Positions 13,272 through 26,721 of a DNA stretch of 64,000 bases are shown here, in pieces. Made by a program: the position numbers and the translations under genes. The stretch is from positions 3,906,001-3,970,000 of the forward strand of contig OU015567.1 in assembly GCA_907165135.1 (NCBI GenBank). The letters are read 5' to 3'. Origin of the DNA: Oikopleura dioica (Eukaryota; Animalia; Chordata). Under the pieces are notes generated by a model. It saw only the letters and a program-made list of their open reading frames with translations, had not been told where the DNA came from and did not search any database. The first letter of the stretch is position 1; the number at the start of each line of letters is the position of its first letter.

Positions 13272-16200
13272 AATACGCTGTTCAATAAACCTTTTATCGC
13301 AACTCGTGTTTATGTTTTACGTGTGTTACGTATTACGACTTGTGTCCGCTAATAACAATGTTAACAATAAAATAAATTTGCACGTTTTTCAAAGCTGTCA
13401 TCCAAATGCTTCCTTTTCGCTATAAAGAATGTTACATACAGACGATTTTGGCTCCCTAGGGAAAAAGGGGTGGCAAAAAAGGAGAATCTGGATTAGAGGA
13501 TCAAAGAAGAATCTTTCTATTCAGACCCAAAGCTTAAGGGGTACAACCTCTGATGATTCGTCATAAGCATTTTATAGGTACACCCTTATTTTTGATGAAA
13601 AGAAGAAGTAAGGGTGTGACCTTGTAAATTTTAATTGATAAAATTATTCCTTTTTAGGATAAGGAGATTGATGAAGGGATAAGAAAAAGAGTTTACGTCC
13701 GTCAATTTTTTTGTCTACTGTCTGACCTCCGGAGAAACGAAATCGCCGGGAGCTGTTCGGACGCGCCCTGGGTGGCACCCTTGACACAAGGTCAGCGGTG
13801 ATCCGCACAGAATTGTTTTTCTAGTACGCGGCCCTGCCCTCGGGTCCGATACACAGAATCGCGTTATTTTTACGAAAATCAAAAATCATCAATGTAATAT
13901 TTCCCCTCAAAATTTTTATAAAAAAAATTATCCTTCTGAAATCTCCAAAGGTCATTTTTCTTCCAACAGAAAAGCTCTCGAATTTAAGCACGGTAAATTA
14001 AAGGAAAATGAGCTTGACCTTGAGGGACCTTACGGTTCAAGAGGCATTTAGACGATTGCTGATCGTAAATCCGCCAAATAAACTTAACCCGACTAGACAA
14101 GGTTAAGCCTAGTTCATATTTCTTCAAAAAAGATATTCACATGTTGAAAGGCCGAATTGAGCATCAATTCAAGCTGCAAAAATGTTCATAATACCATTAA
14201 ATAAATTTGGTACGGAATTTGCTCGTATACATAAATGGGTTAACTCAAGTCTTTTTTCGGGGAACCGAAAAGAATCCGATGATTTTGCCGAAATTTTGGA
14301 CAAATTTCTCGACAAATCAAATGTCTGAATTCGATCGGCAGCCCAATCAGATTTCAGAAAATAATTGCTGCAAAAATTCAGATTTTTCGTCTCATTTTTC
14401 GTCGATTCGAGCCATCTACCCGGATTTCTCACGACCTAAAACGACATCCACCAATTCTATTTTCTTCAATTGAACCATCTCCTGAACCCTCTCACGTGGG
14501 TTAGAAGGGCGCGTTAACCCGCTGCCGCACGTTGAACTTGATTTGTGTGAGAATAGCGGGCGAGCGGGGTGCCGCGCGCTTTTTTTCTGTCAATTCCTTT
14601 CTTGGCCCGCTCTGGCGCCACCTGGCCCCATTTCGAGCTCGCGTCGCCAATTCAACGACTCGAAAAAAGAAACAAGCAGTAACAAAATTAGCGTCTTTCA
14701 AAGTCTTAGAGAAAATTCTGAAGCCAAAATTTATTTTCTTTTCGTTGAAAATTATTTTTTGAATCAGAGATTTGCCGATCGAATCTGCTTGGACAAAATC
14801 AACGACGAAAATTGACCGAAAATTATTAAGGGGACCCCCCGCGGAAATTAAAGAAGAAAAGTAGACAAGATCTGAACATCTAAACTGAAGGTAAGACACA
14901 ATTTTGACACAAAAAATTTAATTTTTGCTTGACAAAAATAGGTGTGAAGGTTGGTTTCTATGGTTTTTATGGGGAACATAAAATTTTTTTTTGATTTTAA
15001 ATATTTTAACGGATCAAATATTTTTCGAGAGGGACCTTTTTTAACGGATTTACACATCGAAATTTTCGATTCGAAAATAGGGTAAAAATTACTTTAAAAA
15101 TTATTTGGTCGGCTGTTTTAAAATAATTTTAATAAATAATTTATTATTGATAATTATTATCAAATATTTGTATATTTTCAAGAAAAAAAATTGACTCTAG
15201 AATTTTTTTTATAATTTTTCTTTTGAATTTTAATTTTTGAATTGAACTCGGATAAATATTGCGAAGAAAAGCTGTTTTTACGCAAAAAGTTCAAAATCAA
15301 GATTATTCTGAATGGAAGCTCGAAATTGGAAAAATAAAGAATGGCGTTCTTGTTGAAACGACCGTCGGGCGCTCAACGAGGCGTCGGCTTTGAGTTTGTT
15401 TATCCAGTAAGACCGCATCCGCAGAACAACGAGAAAGCGAAAGAGAGCCACATAGATTATTAGTCTCAGCTCTTAGGTCTCTGGATCGACCCTATTTCTA
15501 TTTTGCGGTTTCTTGAGAAAGGAATACTCAAAAAGAGCGCAAAGCAAACTTTTCATTTTCGTTCAATCGTGTTTTTTTGAAGAGAAAAATCGAAGAAAAA
15601 ACGGTCAAAAAAGGTATTTTCTTAAACACAAAATGCTCGATTTAAGGGTGTCATTATCTTAAAATTTCGATTTTCGCAAAACCAATGGGTACCCCCTTAA
15701 AATGGAAGCAGTTTTGGTCGGATAATATTTCAATAAAAGCCGCCAAAAGTGCGGCTCTATTTTTGTTTCTCAAAGCCGCAAGCGGCTTTTCTATCATTTT
15801 TGAAAAATTATTCTTTGGCTTTTGTTTTGCTAGACTTTTGGTAGACATTTTGCATTGTATTTGTCTGTTGGTAGACAGTTGTTTACTTGCGGATTAAATA
15901 CAGTACTTCCTTTAAGTACTTTTTCGCGTCATTGACACATTTAAACATCAGATTTTCGAGAAAAAGGAAGCGCGATTTTGAACTTTACAAGATCGGGAAG
16001 ATCAACAAAGGTCAAAAATCAAGTGCACACCCTTAATTCCAAGAAGAAATCAAATATTCCAAAATCATTGCGATCTATCCATCTATTTGCAGAGTCTGAA
16101 ATACAAAGAAAAAACAAATGTTTGAGAAATGAGAACATTAAATTTCTCTTTGCTTCCATCGTTCAGTGGAAGCCACAATTCGCACCTCGCGTAATCTCTC

Positions 16201-17259
16201 TTTTTAGTAGTTTTTTGCGCGTTGCGTTTTTTCTAGCATTCTCTTCTTTTCTACTATCACGCTCGAAAATCGCAACAGTCCAAAAAGGGAAAGTTGTGTC
16301 ATAATCTCTCAAGAACAAGTTATAACTTATTGATCGTAATGAACAGTATTTTCTGTCATCGAAATCGAATTTGACCGCAAACAAGAGAATTGTTTGATAA
16401 ACTTTCGTTCCTCAACTGAAAAAGAAAATGTTTTCGGTCAAATATTCTATCGCACTATTTTTACCGGGTTGATTCTTGGCTTTTTTTTTAAATTTTCTGC
16501 AAAACTTAAGAGAATAACTCCCTTATCTTGCATTTCTTTTTTTTTGTGAAAGAAATGAGGCATATAGTTACCGGTTTCACTCAGTCTGATACTTCCATGC
16601 TCTTTGCAAATCAGAAACCAATATTTTTGGTGGCAGCCAATCAGAAACGAACCTTACCTCTTAATCTTACTTTTACGGTAAGGGCCTTACTCCACCAAAT
16701 AATTCTCCCGTTTTTTTCAAACTCAAAATCGAAATTGATGTCTCCTAAATTCTAACTCCTTAATTAGGTATTGTTCCCACTCAAATCTCCAAATTCATTT
16801 CACCGCGAAGGCACCCCTGTTTTCCTTGTCTAACTTATCTTCCCCAACCGATTGGCAGTACATTTCCATCTATCTGTAATAGAAGTGTTGTTTTCACCTG
16901 CACTCTGAATATTAAGATCTCACGCGAGCCCAGAGCCTCGGTACACAAGCATACAAGCATGTGGTCTGTATGTACAATTAATTTTTCAGGGAACGAATTG
17001 TTTTCATCAAACTTTCAGCGCTCTTTCTTAGCAATTGCTCTTTCTCCTTTTTGAGAACGAAGCGTCAAAGATAAATTATTCAATTTTTTTTCTTGAAATG
17101 AAAAAAAAAAGAATATTTGCCTAATGGAAGTGATCTTGAGTACTTCTATTGTAGACTTATTATTGTAAAATATTCTCAAGTTCTAATTTAAGAAGCTGAT
17201 ACCCTTAATCAACATTTTTCATTAGGTTTGGGTTCGGATTAAGACAAGGGTTCTCATAA

Positions 17260-17480
17260 GGGTAAGGGTTAGGATCAGGGTTCGACCGAAATTCTGGTCA
17301 AATTTTAGACCAATCAGATCTCTTCATTTTGCTGGTAGGCCAATCAGATTTCATGAAAAAGGGATTTTTTTCATTTTCTTTGTCAGGGTTAGGGTTAGGT
17401 TTTGACCAAATTTTGGTCGAATTTTAGACCAATCAGATTTCCTCAATTTGCTGGTAGGCCAATCAGATTTCATGAAAAAA
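17260..17480. repeat. ~120-bp tandem duplication with telomere-like AGGGTT hexamers and paired CCAATCAG boxes
   Basis: Two copies of TTTTAGACCAATCAGAT...TTTGCTGGTAGGCCAATCAGATTTCATGAAAAA, each preceded by AGGGTTAGG-like hexamers. Confidence 0.8.
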
Positions 17481-20225
17481 AGAGATTTTCTTCCCATTTT
17501 CTTTAACTGAAAAATCCGTATCTCAAAAAAATGACCTCCCGTATTCTCACATGACCGTATCGCGCATAATCAAACATCCTATCACATGAGCCACTTAATT
17601 GACAATATTAGCTCTTCATTCAAAAACGGACTCGTTCACCAGAGTTCAAGATCATTTATCGCTTATTTTCAACTGTCAAATTTGGAGATTCAATTTCCTT
17701 TAGAGAACCGCAAGATTTTACTTTATAGCAAGCCGGGATGATTTTTTTTATTTCTAGCGGCGAATAATAAAACACTCAATTTTACGAGAATAATGATAAT
17801 AAAAAGCTCAGCGGTAATCTTCGGAGAAATTAATGAATTTATCATGTTGTTGCTCTAAATAAGCGAAAAAAAGAAAGAGCGATCAAAGTTGATTGGATAA
17901 GTTTTTGGATTATTTGAAAGAGTAGACCTTTTCTTTGGCAAAAGAGGCTTGGATTAAAAGCATCGAATTTCAAGTTTTTTGAGATTCAAGGTCAGCTAAA
18001 GCCCGTCAAAGCTCGACGCCGATCTCATTTATTCTAACAATCGATTATCTTTCAAATAATGCTTTGTCTCTCAGTCAACTAAAATAATGAAAAAATACGG
18101 GATCGCCAATCTCGAATGGCGGCTCGAATCCTGAAAAAAATGTGACGAAAATTTTGAATTTTCTGAAATCTGATTGGCCTATGGGCCCAATGCGAAAATC
18201 TGATTTGTCAAAAATTTATTTTAAATTTTGCGTTCAGAGGAAATTGATTTCAGTTTTGGGTGTCATCTTATGACCTTAAATTAGGCTCTCCCTATGTTAA
18301 ATATTAAGGGTGTCAAATCGTAAAGCGCAATTTTAGCTTTCTTTCTTTTCGATCTTTATGAAATTGAAAATTAAAAAATCACGAGATATTTAATAAAATC
18401 TGGTGTTTTCTCGACATTTGTCGTTTCGGAATTGTTGGTATAAGAAGAGATTGAATCTTTAGAAATATCATTGCGTCCGCTCTATTTTCACAACATATCG
18501 TCGGTGAAGCTCAAATATCCAAAAACATTTGCAAATATTAATTATGCGCTTCAGAGTTTTTGAAACAAACAGAAAAGATATTCTTTATTCTCCGCCTTTT
18601 TTTCTGTGTTTTTGGGCAAAATATAATCATCTTTTTCAAAATACCGAAAATGCTCAGAAAAGAATCTGAAATCGGCTTTTCGAAAATGGCCTGTTATGGC
18701 CTAGTATAATAAACTTACTTGAACAAAGGCGTGGTCTTTTAAAGAGGGAAAAGTCGATGATTTCTGAGCTTAGATCGAACCAAAGCGCTGTTATTTTACG
18801 ACGGGACCGCGCGGGGCACCGTAAAAGGCATAAAATAGTTCTTGACAATGGTCAGCACAGAGCATTTTTTGACAGATTCGAATCATCCAAGAGAGAATAA
18901 GATTATACCGTTTCACATTTTCCTTTTTCATTTTCCGTTTACATCGTCAGAAGTTATAATAATAAGTTAAACAAATAGAGAATCTTATCTTTATCTTAAT
19001 TTTTTCTGAAGTGATACCCTTATTTTTTCATGAAGAAAAATGATTTCTCAGAAATCATATTATATTTTTACATTTTCTTGGGAAAAATTAATTTTCCTTG
19101 AATCTGATTGGCCTACAAGCCGTATACGGGCATCTGATTGGTGTAAAATTCAAGTTCAAATTTTGAAATTAACAATTGAAATTAAACGACAACATTTCAA
19201 AAACGAAATCGAGAAAAAAATAACAAGATATGGATAATAGGGATAAGAAAATAATCCAACAGTCATAAATCCTTAAAAAACGTATGAAAGCAATAAAATC
19301 AGTCCAAAGTCGTCATCAATTTAATGAATTCAACGATTTGGCATTAGATTTCTCCAAATATTGTATTTTGCCAGATTCCAGAAAACACGTGACTTGCCCG
19401 AGAAAAGTGCAATGACGGCACTTTCAGTTGGAAAAGGAGAGCGAGTGCCCGTCTCAGCAGGGATCAGACTCTGCGAGAGGCTCTCGAGCAACAGATGTTC
19501 TTTTCAATATTTGAAAACCATCAAGAAAAATAGCGCGCTTTAAACGCCAGGCCCATACAACCACATACAAGTTCAGAGACATTCCCAATCCACAGAAATA
19601 ATATCCAGAGAAAATAGACTCTCAGAAAATCCGGTTAAAATGGAATAAAGGCAGCGTTCAGTCCTTGAAAAAGAGCCAATTTCGACTAAAAAAGCCGCAA
19701 ACACCGGTTTTTTGGGTTAAAAGAGTAAAAAAAAGCCAAGAATAGAGCATTTCTAGCCAAAAATTAGAAAAAATTTTTCTTGACTCTAAAATTTACGCTT
19801 TTTTTGTCCAAAAATTGGCCAAAATGAGACTTTTATAGACGAAAATTTTCAGTTGAAACCAACTCTACCAAAGTAACAAGGATTTCCTGTTATAAACAAG
19901 TAGAAAAACACATGTTAGCCAGTATAAAATAAACCCAAAAGTGGTCCAACCTTTCCTTTTTCACGAAACAAAAAGCCATTTTTTGGCATTTACGTATTTT
20001 TTTTGTTGAATACCTTTTTTACGAGCAAGCCTAATCATTACATAATCCAGTCTATTTCCCAAGTGCTTTTCTACAGGTAGTTATTACTCCTATTGTATCC
20101 TGTAACTTCTTGAGAATTCGACCATCTGCCCTTACTCGGCAATTTTCTAACTCTTCATTTTTTTCAGAAAAAAACCGGCAAGAAAAACAAATTCAATTCA
20201 AAAGCGAGAATAGAAGCGGCGAAAA

Positions 20226-23200
20226 ATGAGCAATGGAACGGCAAAATTAAAATTTGGCGAAATAAAGAAGCTGCAGAAGATTCTGGACAAGAGCCACGAA
20301 ATCCACGGAAAAGGGAATTTCCCGACCATCGAGGTGGAACCTACAGCGTTAATTAAGGTAATGGCATTTTTCGGCATCGTTAAAATTGCTGAGTACCGCG
20401 ATCCTTGTGTTTTTGACGCGACAATAAACCTAAATTATGACAACGGGCAAGATTAATCTTGTCTATAATTCATTCTTTCTTTTACTTTTATTTTCAAGTA
20501 GAAAGATTAATTTTTAAGGGTCTTTCTCTTAGGCCGTTTTCGAAAGAATTTTCAATTAAAAGAATTGCACCTGTACGAATCGACAGAAAATCCGACAAAA
20601 AGTTCGAATTTTCGCCTCAATTTTTATCTCGAATCTGATTGGCCGACCGGCTGAATGTGGACATTTGATTGGTCAAAAATTTGACGCAATCTTCGGTCAA
20701 AATTTACGCATTTTTTGGTCAAAATTATCGCGTTTTTTTTCCATTCAAATCTTCAGTTACCCTTTTCACTTATTCTTTCATTTAGTAAATAATGTAATTA
20801 AGGATATTCATGCAAAACTGGGAGAAGCTGGCATCACGGTGGCGCACGTCAAACTGAACGGCTCCTGCGCATCGCACATCATCAGCCACGGTAATAACCG
20901 TTATTAATCCAGAAATAGGGGAACAGCTCGCATTCGACTTTGGATTGCGACCAGACTCATTTATATTCACTCGCTTTTCACTGCGCTTATTAGTACTGCT
21001 TTCAACTTTCTCGAATCAGGAAACAAGCGATTAGTTTTTGGATCAGCTCCCAAGCTCTCCCAAACCGCTTTCGTTCTCGGTAAAAAACTAAAAGATGTTT
21101 TAAGACGACGATATCGGCTTCAAGGACATTGACATAATTTTCAATTTGGCATCCACTATCGATCACCCCGCCCGGGACCGATTGAACGAATCGACCACCT
21201 GTCGAACCATCAAGAAACGTAAAAGGACGAAAGAAGAGGAGCAGCGATGGACAACAGTCCGGGTAAGAAAAGAACCCTTCAACTCCACCCTTTTCTAATT
21301 GATCTCCCGCGACCGCGAAATAATCGTTGACTTTTAACTTTCAATTTATTCCACGAGGCATTTTTCCAAATTCTCCAAAACTGCCCGGAAGTGGCATTTT
21401 TTGTCTTTAATGCTTCTGTTTAGGATACGGTGATGAGTGTGCTTTTGTCGTATTTGCCAAAGGATATTCGCCGCGATCGCCTGACGACGGACATTATGGT
21501 ATCGGCATACGTCAACAAACTCATCAAAATCTCTAATGAAACCGACAAATGGTCATTGATATCGCTGTCGAATGAAAATGGTGAGTTAAAAGAAGAATAG
21601 ACACCAAAAATAAACCTTTCTTCAGACATTCGTAAATTACCATAGTGACACCCTTAAGGAAAAAGAACGATTGGGTTTAAACTTAAATTGGGAAACCTAA
21701 AAATCGATTTTCGGAGTCAAAATTGTAAATTTCTAAAAAAGTTTAAACATCCCAATTCTTCAAAAACCGATTGCTATTTTTCCTTGCGCCCGAGAATCTA
21801 GTCATTTTCGCCGCCTCTTGTTATTTTGAACAAACAAGAGACAAGTTCAATCAACTCCTCAGTCCTTTCAGACCAGAGGGTTTTATTGGCCCAAGAATAT
21901 ATTTCTCGCGAACATTGTCTTTTGATATTTGAACCGCCACTAGCGGTTTTTAGGGCACATGAAAATGGGGTTGAAAATTGCGTTTTTCTTCAATTTTTGA
22001 TAAAATTGTTTAGGGAGAAATTTGGAACTGAAATTTGTGGAATCAATGAGGAGGCAATTCGAATTTTCCGTCGACAGGTATTTCCTACAGTCCTTCTTTA
22101 TTGTGAACTGGAATTCTAGCTTTCAAATCACGTTGGATTCGTATTTAACCTACACGTCTGTCACCGACAAAATGGACGCGAGTTTCTTTCCTCTCATCGA
22201 AGTCGAGTCCGTTTTTGGTTCTTTCGAAGAAGCAAGGTACGTTTTTCATCCCTTTTTGACCCATAAGATGGGTTCAAGTTGAATTGAGAGCTTCCAATCT
22301 ATTGCAAAACCACTTTGCTAACACAAAGTCTGGGCAAAGTTTTCTGTGTATTGAATTTAATTCAAGAGCAGCTAGAATCAAGATCGACCATCGATCAAGT
22401 TGTTTCTGTCTCAAGTTTATGGCGCAGTTTCTTAGCCCCAAAGATCCGGACAAAGCTTTTCTTTTGAGTCAGGGTCAACCCTTTTTTATTGACATTTCGC
22501 GGTCAGGGCGAAAACAATTCACCCTCGTCAGGCTGGTGGAAGCGCTGATTCCGCGCTCCATTGAAATTATTTTTTGATTTTCTTGATTTTCAATTAATCA
22601 TCGCCATGGCTCAAATAACTAACTTTTTCTCCTTTCAGAAGTCACTTAATAAACCGAAAAATTGTCACCCGATCGCCCGAAGAAATCCGCGGCGGCGGTC
22701 TGCTCAGATACTGTAATCTCCTCACCCGCGACTTCACCGTGGAAGAACCTGCTGATGTTCAAAAGCTCCAGTCAATTGTAAGATCGAATTATTCAAATTG
22801 GCGCTAGAATTGGCTTTTTTAGATGTGCTCGCGGTTTTTCATCGATTTCCCGGAAATTGAAACGCAAACCAGGAAGATTAAAAGCTATCTTGCCGCGCAT
22901 TTCAACAGTGATGATGAACTGTCTCTAAGGTAAGCCAGAACTAGGCGGTTTTCAACCTCAAATGGAACCTGTTCTTGAGTCCTTATCACCATGCTCACTA
23001 TGGTCTTATCAACTTAATTAGGTTCAACTTCATGCTGAGCTTGCAGGCGGTCGTCAACGATAGCACAATTTGTTTGATGTCGCAAGAACGCCAGGAAGTC
23101 CTTAATCTTATCATGAGTCTAGCTCAGCAGGTAATAAAACGCTTACTCTTCTCCCTCTTCATTTTTTTCTAGACGCTTTCGGACATTCTTATTCAAGAAG

Positions 23201-23739
23201 GCTTCACAGTTCAATTTCCGATTCCCGAGCCACCGCAATACGTTCCCGTTTCGACCCACGTGATCGCTCACGTGACAACTCAGGATGTGGCGGAACTTGT
23301 CTCGGATCCATCTTCTTCTGGCTTGTCGAGCATCAACTCAGATGACCTCGATCTTGTGAATGATCTTTCGCGCCCGTGCTCAATTTCATCCGTCACTTCT
23401 GAATCTTCAGGAATCGTCATGTCGGCAAGCTACTCGAATTACTCTTCTCCATCTCCTGTCGAGGTAAATTCCCATGTTGATACTGATGGCATAATTTTCA
23501 AAGTAGAAGGGATGGGTATGGCCCATACCGTATGGGTTCTATCAACCAATCAGAGGCCAGAGAGCTTAAAGAACCCCATACCCCCCATCTTTCACCTTTT
23601 GCCTATCTTCCTCCTTATGCTTCAATTTCTCCTAACCCTAACCCCTATTTCAGGAAAAACAAAAGCTCTTATCAGAAGAATGCTCCGCCGAAGTCAGTCC
23701 AAAAGTCCAAATCTCCGAAAAAATGACCTGTCCAGCTAG
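20226..23739 (+). CDS. tent5: Terminal nucleotidyltransferase 5 (FAM46), non-canonical poly(A) polymerase
   Basis: [97 protein letters not shown]; 3' end approximate. Confidence 0.9.
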
Positions 23740-24501
23740 TAGTCAAAGTCAAACTCGCCCAGTCCAAGTCGCACCAGCGATCAGTCAAAACTAATTAACC
23801 CAAAATGTCTAAAATGTCAAGAAAAAAAAGTCTACTAGTTCGATTCTTTTTATTTAACCCATCAAAACTGCTGCTGCACTTTTTTCTTTAAAAAACAATT
23901 GAATGTCAAATATTTCAAAAACGAAAATAATCATAATTTAAAAGTTACTGTTGCGTGCCCACATTTCTTACTGTACAAATCAACTTTCTTTTTTCTCCTT
24001 TTCTTTTTTCAACCTTTCTTTTCTCTATATAAATACTGTAAAAATGACAAATAACTAACTTATTTAAAAAATGCTCCTTAACCATCTTTTTGGTGCCACA
24101 AAAACATAGATGCAGTTTCTCTAACCCACTTTCTCTCAATCTGTATTTTTATTTTCCAAAAATGTTCAATGTTGCATGAAAAATGAAAAATGAAAATATT
24201 ACTTTTTTTTTTATTTTTCTTCAACTCGAGCTGTAGCGTTCAGAAAGTTCCCCAAGTTCAAAAATGAAACACATGAAACTTTGCGATTTTGAATTGTAAA
24301 GAAACATTGTGAAGAAAATCTAACTTACTTTTTATCAATTATTAACTTATTCTCGCCAAACAACAACCTTATGAATATACTTTTATTTAATACAGTTTTC
24401 GCTAGAAAAAAAACTCTGTAAAAACAAAACTGGCCCTGAATGTTGCTAAATAAACTACATAACTTGAATTATTCTCATGCTTATTATTGAATAATATTTT
24501 A

Positions 24502-25198
24502 TTAATAAATAATGTTTGGGAAAATTATTCCAAGAAAGAGAAAAAGAAACATACATGATACAAAACAGAAAATTAAACAGACAAATTTCAAGTTGGTCAT
24601 TCCTTCAGGTTTGTCTTTTTCGTCTTTTTTGTCAATTTCGTTTTTCTCCTCATCAAGAATTTCCTTCGGCAAAAACTGACTTTGTTCACAAGTCGAAGAA
24701 TTGATTTTTCCGACCCGAGTCATCATGTGATCTTTATTTTTGCAATCTTGGGCTTTTTCGGCAAGTTTTTCATTTGCGTCTTTCAGTTGAGAAATTGTTG
24801 CCTTTTGCTTCTCACTCTCGATCGTCATTATTATGATCTTTTCTTCGAACGCTGAAATCGTCAAGTTTTGATTTTCTGCTTGATTTTGAAGTTCTTCAAC
24901 TTTTTGAACTAATTCGTCGTTTTTAGTTTTTATCTCGAACTGCTCCTTTTTCTGATTCATCAATTCTGTCTTGTAAAATTGCAATTCGTTTTCGATCATC
25001 ATTGAAATCTCTGATTTTGAAATGCCTAAATAAATAGTCTCAAATCGGCTGAATTTTCAGTCAAAGATGTCCGAAAAGGGAAGCGATCCCTTAAAATAAG
25101 ATTTAAAAACAAATACCTTGAACATTTTGTGGGACTGTATCTTTTTCTTTTTCATAAGAAATGAAGCTCTCAGAGTATTGTGACGACTTTACCGACAT
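24502..25198 (-). CDS. Tail-anchored coiled-coil protein, paralog 1 (exons 25117-25198 and 24502-25025)
   Basis: MSVKSSQYSESFISYEKEKD spliced to GISKSEISMMIENELQFYKT...; coiled coil followed by a C-terminal hydrophobic helix. Confidence 0.7.
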
Positions 25199-25480
25199 CT
25201 CTTGGCTCGTATATCTCCTGGTCAAACGAGGCGAGAGAAAGTTTCTCTTGTTGCATTTACGATTTTTTGTATTTGCTTTTATGACTGGTTCTCTGAATAA
25301 TTAACCTGCTGAATCACAGAAAATTTTGACTTGCTTGATTCTCTTTAAGTCCTTATCATCTGAAATTCTCTTTTACCGTCATCAAGTGTTTCTTGTATGG
25401 TTTATTCACAACATTTGATTTTTGATTTTAATGAGTAAATGAAATTGTGAGCAGAAAAATTACTAAACCTCTTATTTTTA

Positions 25481-26252
25481 TTACGCCGACCTTATGTTAT
25501 CAATTCTGAAAGTTAAATAATCTACCTTTTGATATAAAATGCTCAAAAGAACTATGAAAACAATCAGGGACACGATCAGTGAAAGAGCAAGAACAAGACA
25601 GATAATTGAATATTTGAGACCGTGGAAGTCACGGTTTCTAAAGCAGCTTTTTAGGCACAGCATCAACTTGTTGGACATCTTGGATGGTTTTTCAGTCTCA
25701 AGCTCGTCTTTCTGATCATCGAGAGCTCCTGCCGCGATCAGCCCAATCTCTTCCTGAGGAACACAGATCGCAACGTTATTTGGTTTCTTCGAATATTGGA
25801 GATTAATCGCTTCTTCAGTCAGTTTCTCATTTTTCTCCTCTAACTGCGTGATCTTTGATTGTTGATATTCGTTCTCAGTCGTCATCACTTCAATGTTCTC
25901 TTCGAAGGAAGCAATCGTTAGCCGTTGAGTGTCCACCTGATTTTCTAAATCGCCAATGGTCTTCGTCATACTAGCGATAGTCTGTGTCTGCTCGTATTGG
26001 TTTTTCTCGAAATTCACGAGCTTCGTAATGTAGAATTGTAACTCACTGTCGATCATCTTTGAGATATCAGACTTGCGAAAGCCAATCGCTTAAAAATAAT
26101 ATATTAATAAAGACACTTGTGATGCAGAATCTGAAAGAATTTGACTCCCAAAAGTTAATGTTGAAATTACCTTCAAGATTTTTGGAGACTCTATCTTTCT
26201 CTTTTTCGTAAGAAACAAGACTCTCAGTGAAGTGCGAAGTTCTCGTTGACAT
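25481..26252 (-). CDS. Tail-anchored coiled-coil protein, paralog 2 (exons 26171-26252 and 25481-26088); ATG abuts the LTR element
   Basis: MSTRTSHFTESLVSYEKEKD spliced to AIGFRKSDISKMIDSELQFYIT...; same intron position as paralog 1; C-terminal TM. Confidence 0.7.
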
Positions 26253-26445
26253 TGTTGTGATCGCGAATCTGCCGATTCCCTTATTTGGAGATTCGCCTCG
26301 TGCACCTGCTGTTCATAACTTTCGCCGGCGCAAGCCTCGTTTTCTGTTCACTCTTTAACTTGAAAACTAGCCTAATATACGCTTTTATAAAAACCGCGGA
26401 TAATTGCTCTCCAATTCTCTTGCAAGGCAAATCGTTACCACAACA
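26253..26445 (+). repeat. 5' LTR
   Basis: TG...CA ends with 7-bp inverted termini; TATAAA at ~26386; matches 31473-31665. Confidence 0.95.
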
Positions 26446-26721
26446 TACTGTTACCAGGAAAAATCGACCCCACGGTCCTACAACACCCATTCCCAGCCAG
26501 CCATCTAGAGAAGCTAATTTGGGAAGAAAATCATCTTGGTGGACCAATTCGCCGAGAGGAAAACGCAAGTTGTGGTTTCAGCCAATCACGTGGATTAATC
26601 CTGAGCGGGAATCAAACCCTTCACGGAGGTCACTCAGCAATTTCGAAACCTATCGAAATTGAAATCTGAGTGCACCAATAAGGTAACGCCATTCAAAAGA
26701 GTCACCTAACTGCTTTTCGCC

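Noticed and set aside
13730-14660. Structured ncRNA genes in GC-rich patches
   Set aside because: No tRNA, snRNA, 5S or SL-RNA hallmarks recognised; more likely regulatory DNA, though an Rfam scan would be needed to exclude them
15645-17207. Single 1.55-kb TTAA transposon
   Set aside because: Only ~8 bp of imperfect terminal match, and many similar TAAGGGTG/CACCCTTA relics are scattered nearby, so the ends cannot be paired reliably
17265-17400. Telomere or chromosome fusion site
   Set aside because: Only 2-3 degenerate hexamers inside a dispersed repeat; no long or head-to-head array
26605-26619. Antisense tRNA T-arm-like GCGGGAATCAAACCC as a displaced PBS or self-encoded primer
   Set aside because: TGG is not at the required distance, the stem is only 3 bp, no cloverleaf is visible, and it lies 160 nt from the LTR
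26285-26662. Extra ORFs starting in the LTRs (also 31505-31789)
   Set aside because: They share the same start only because the LTRs are identical; they have no recognisable domain and diverge right after the LTR
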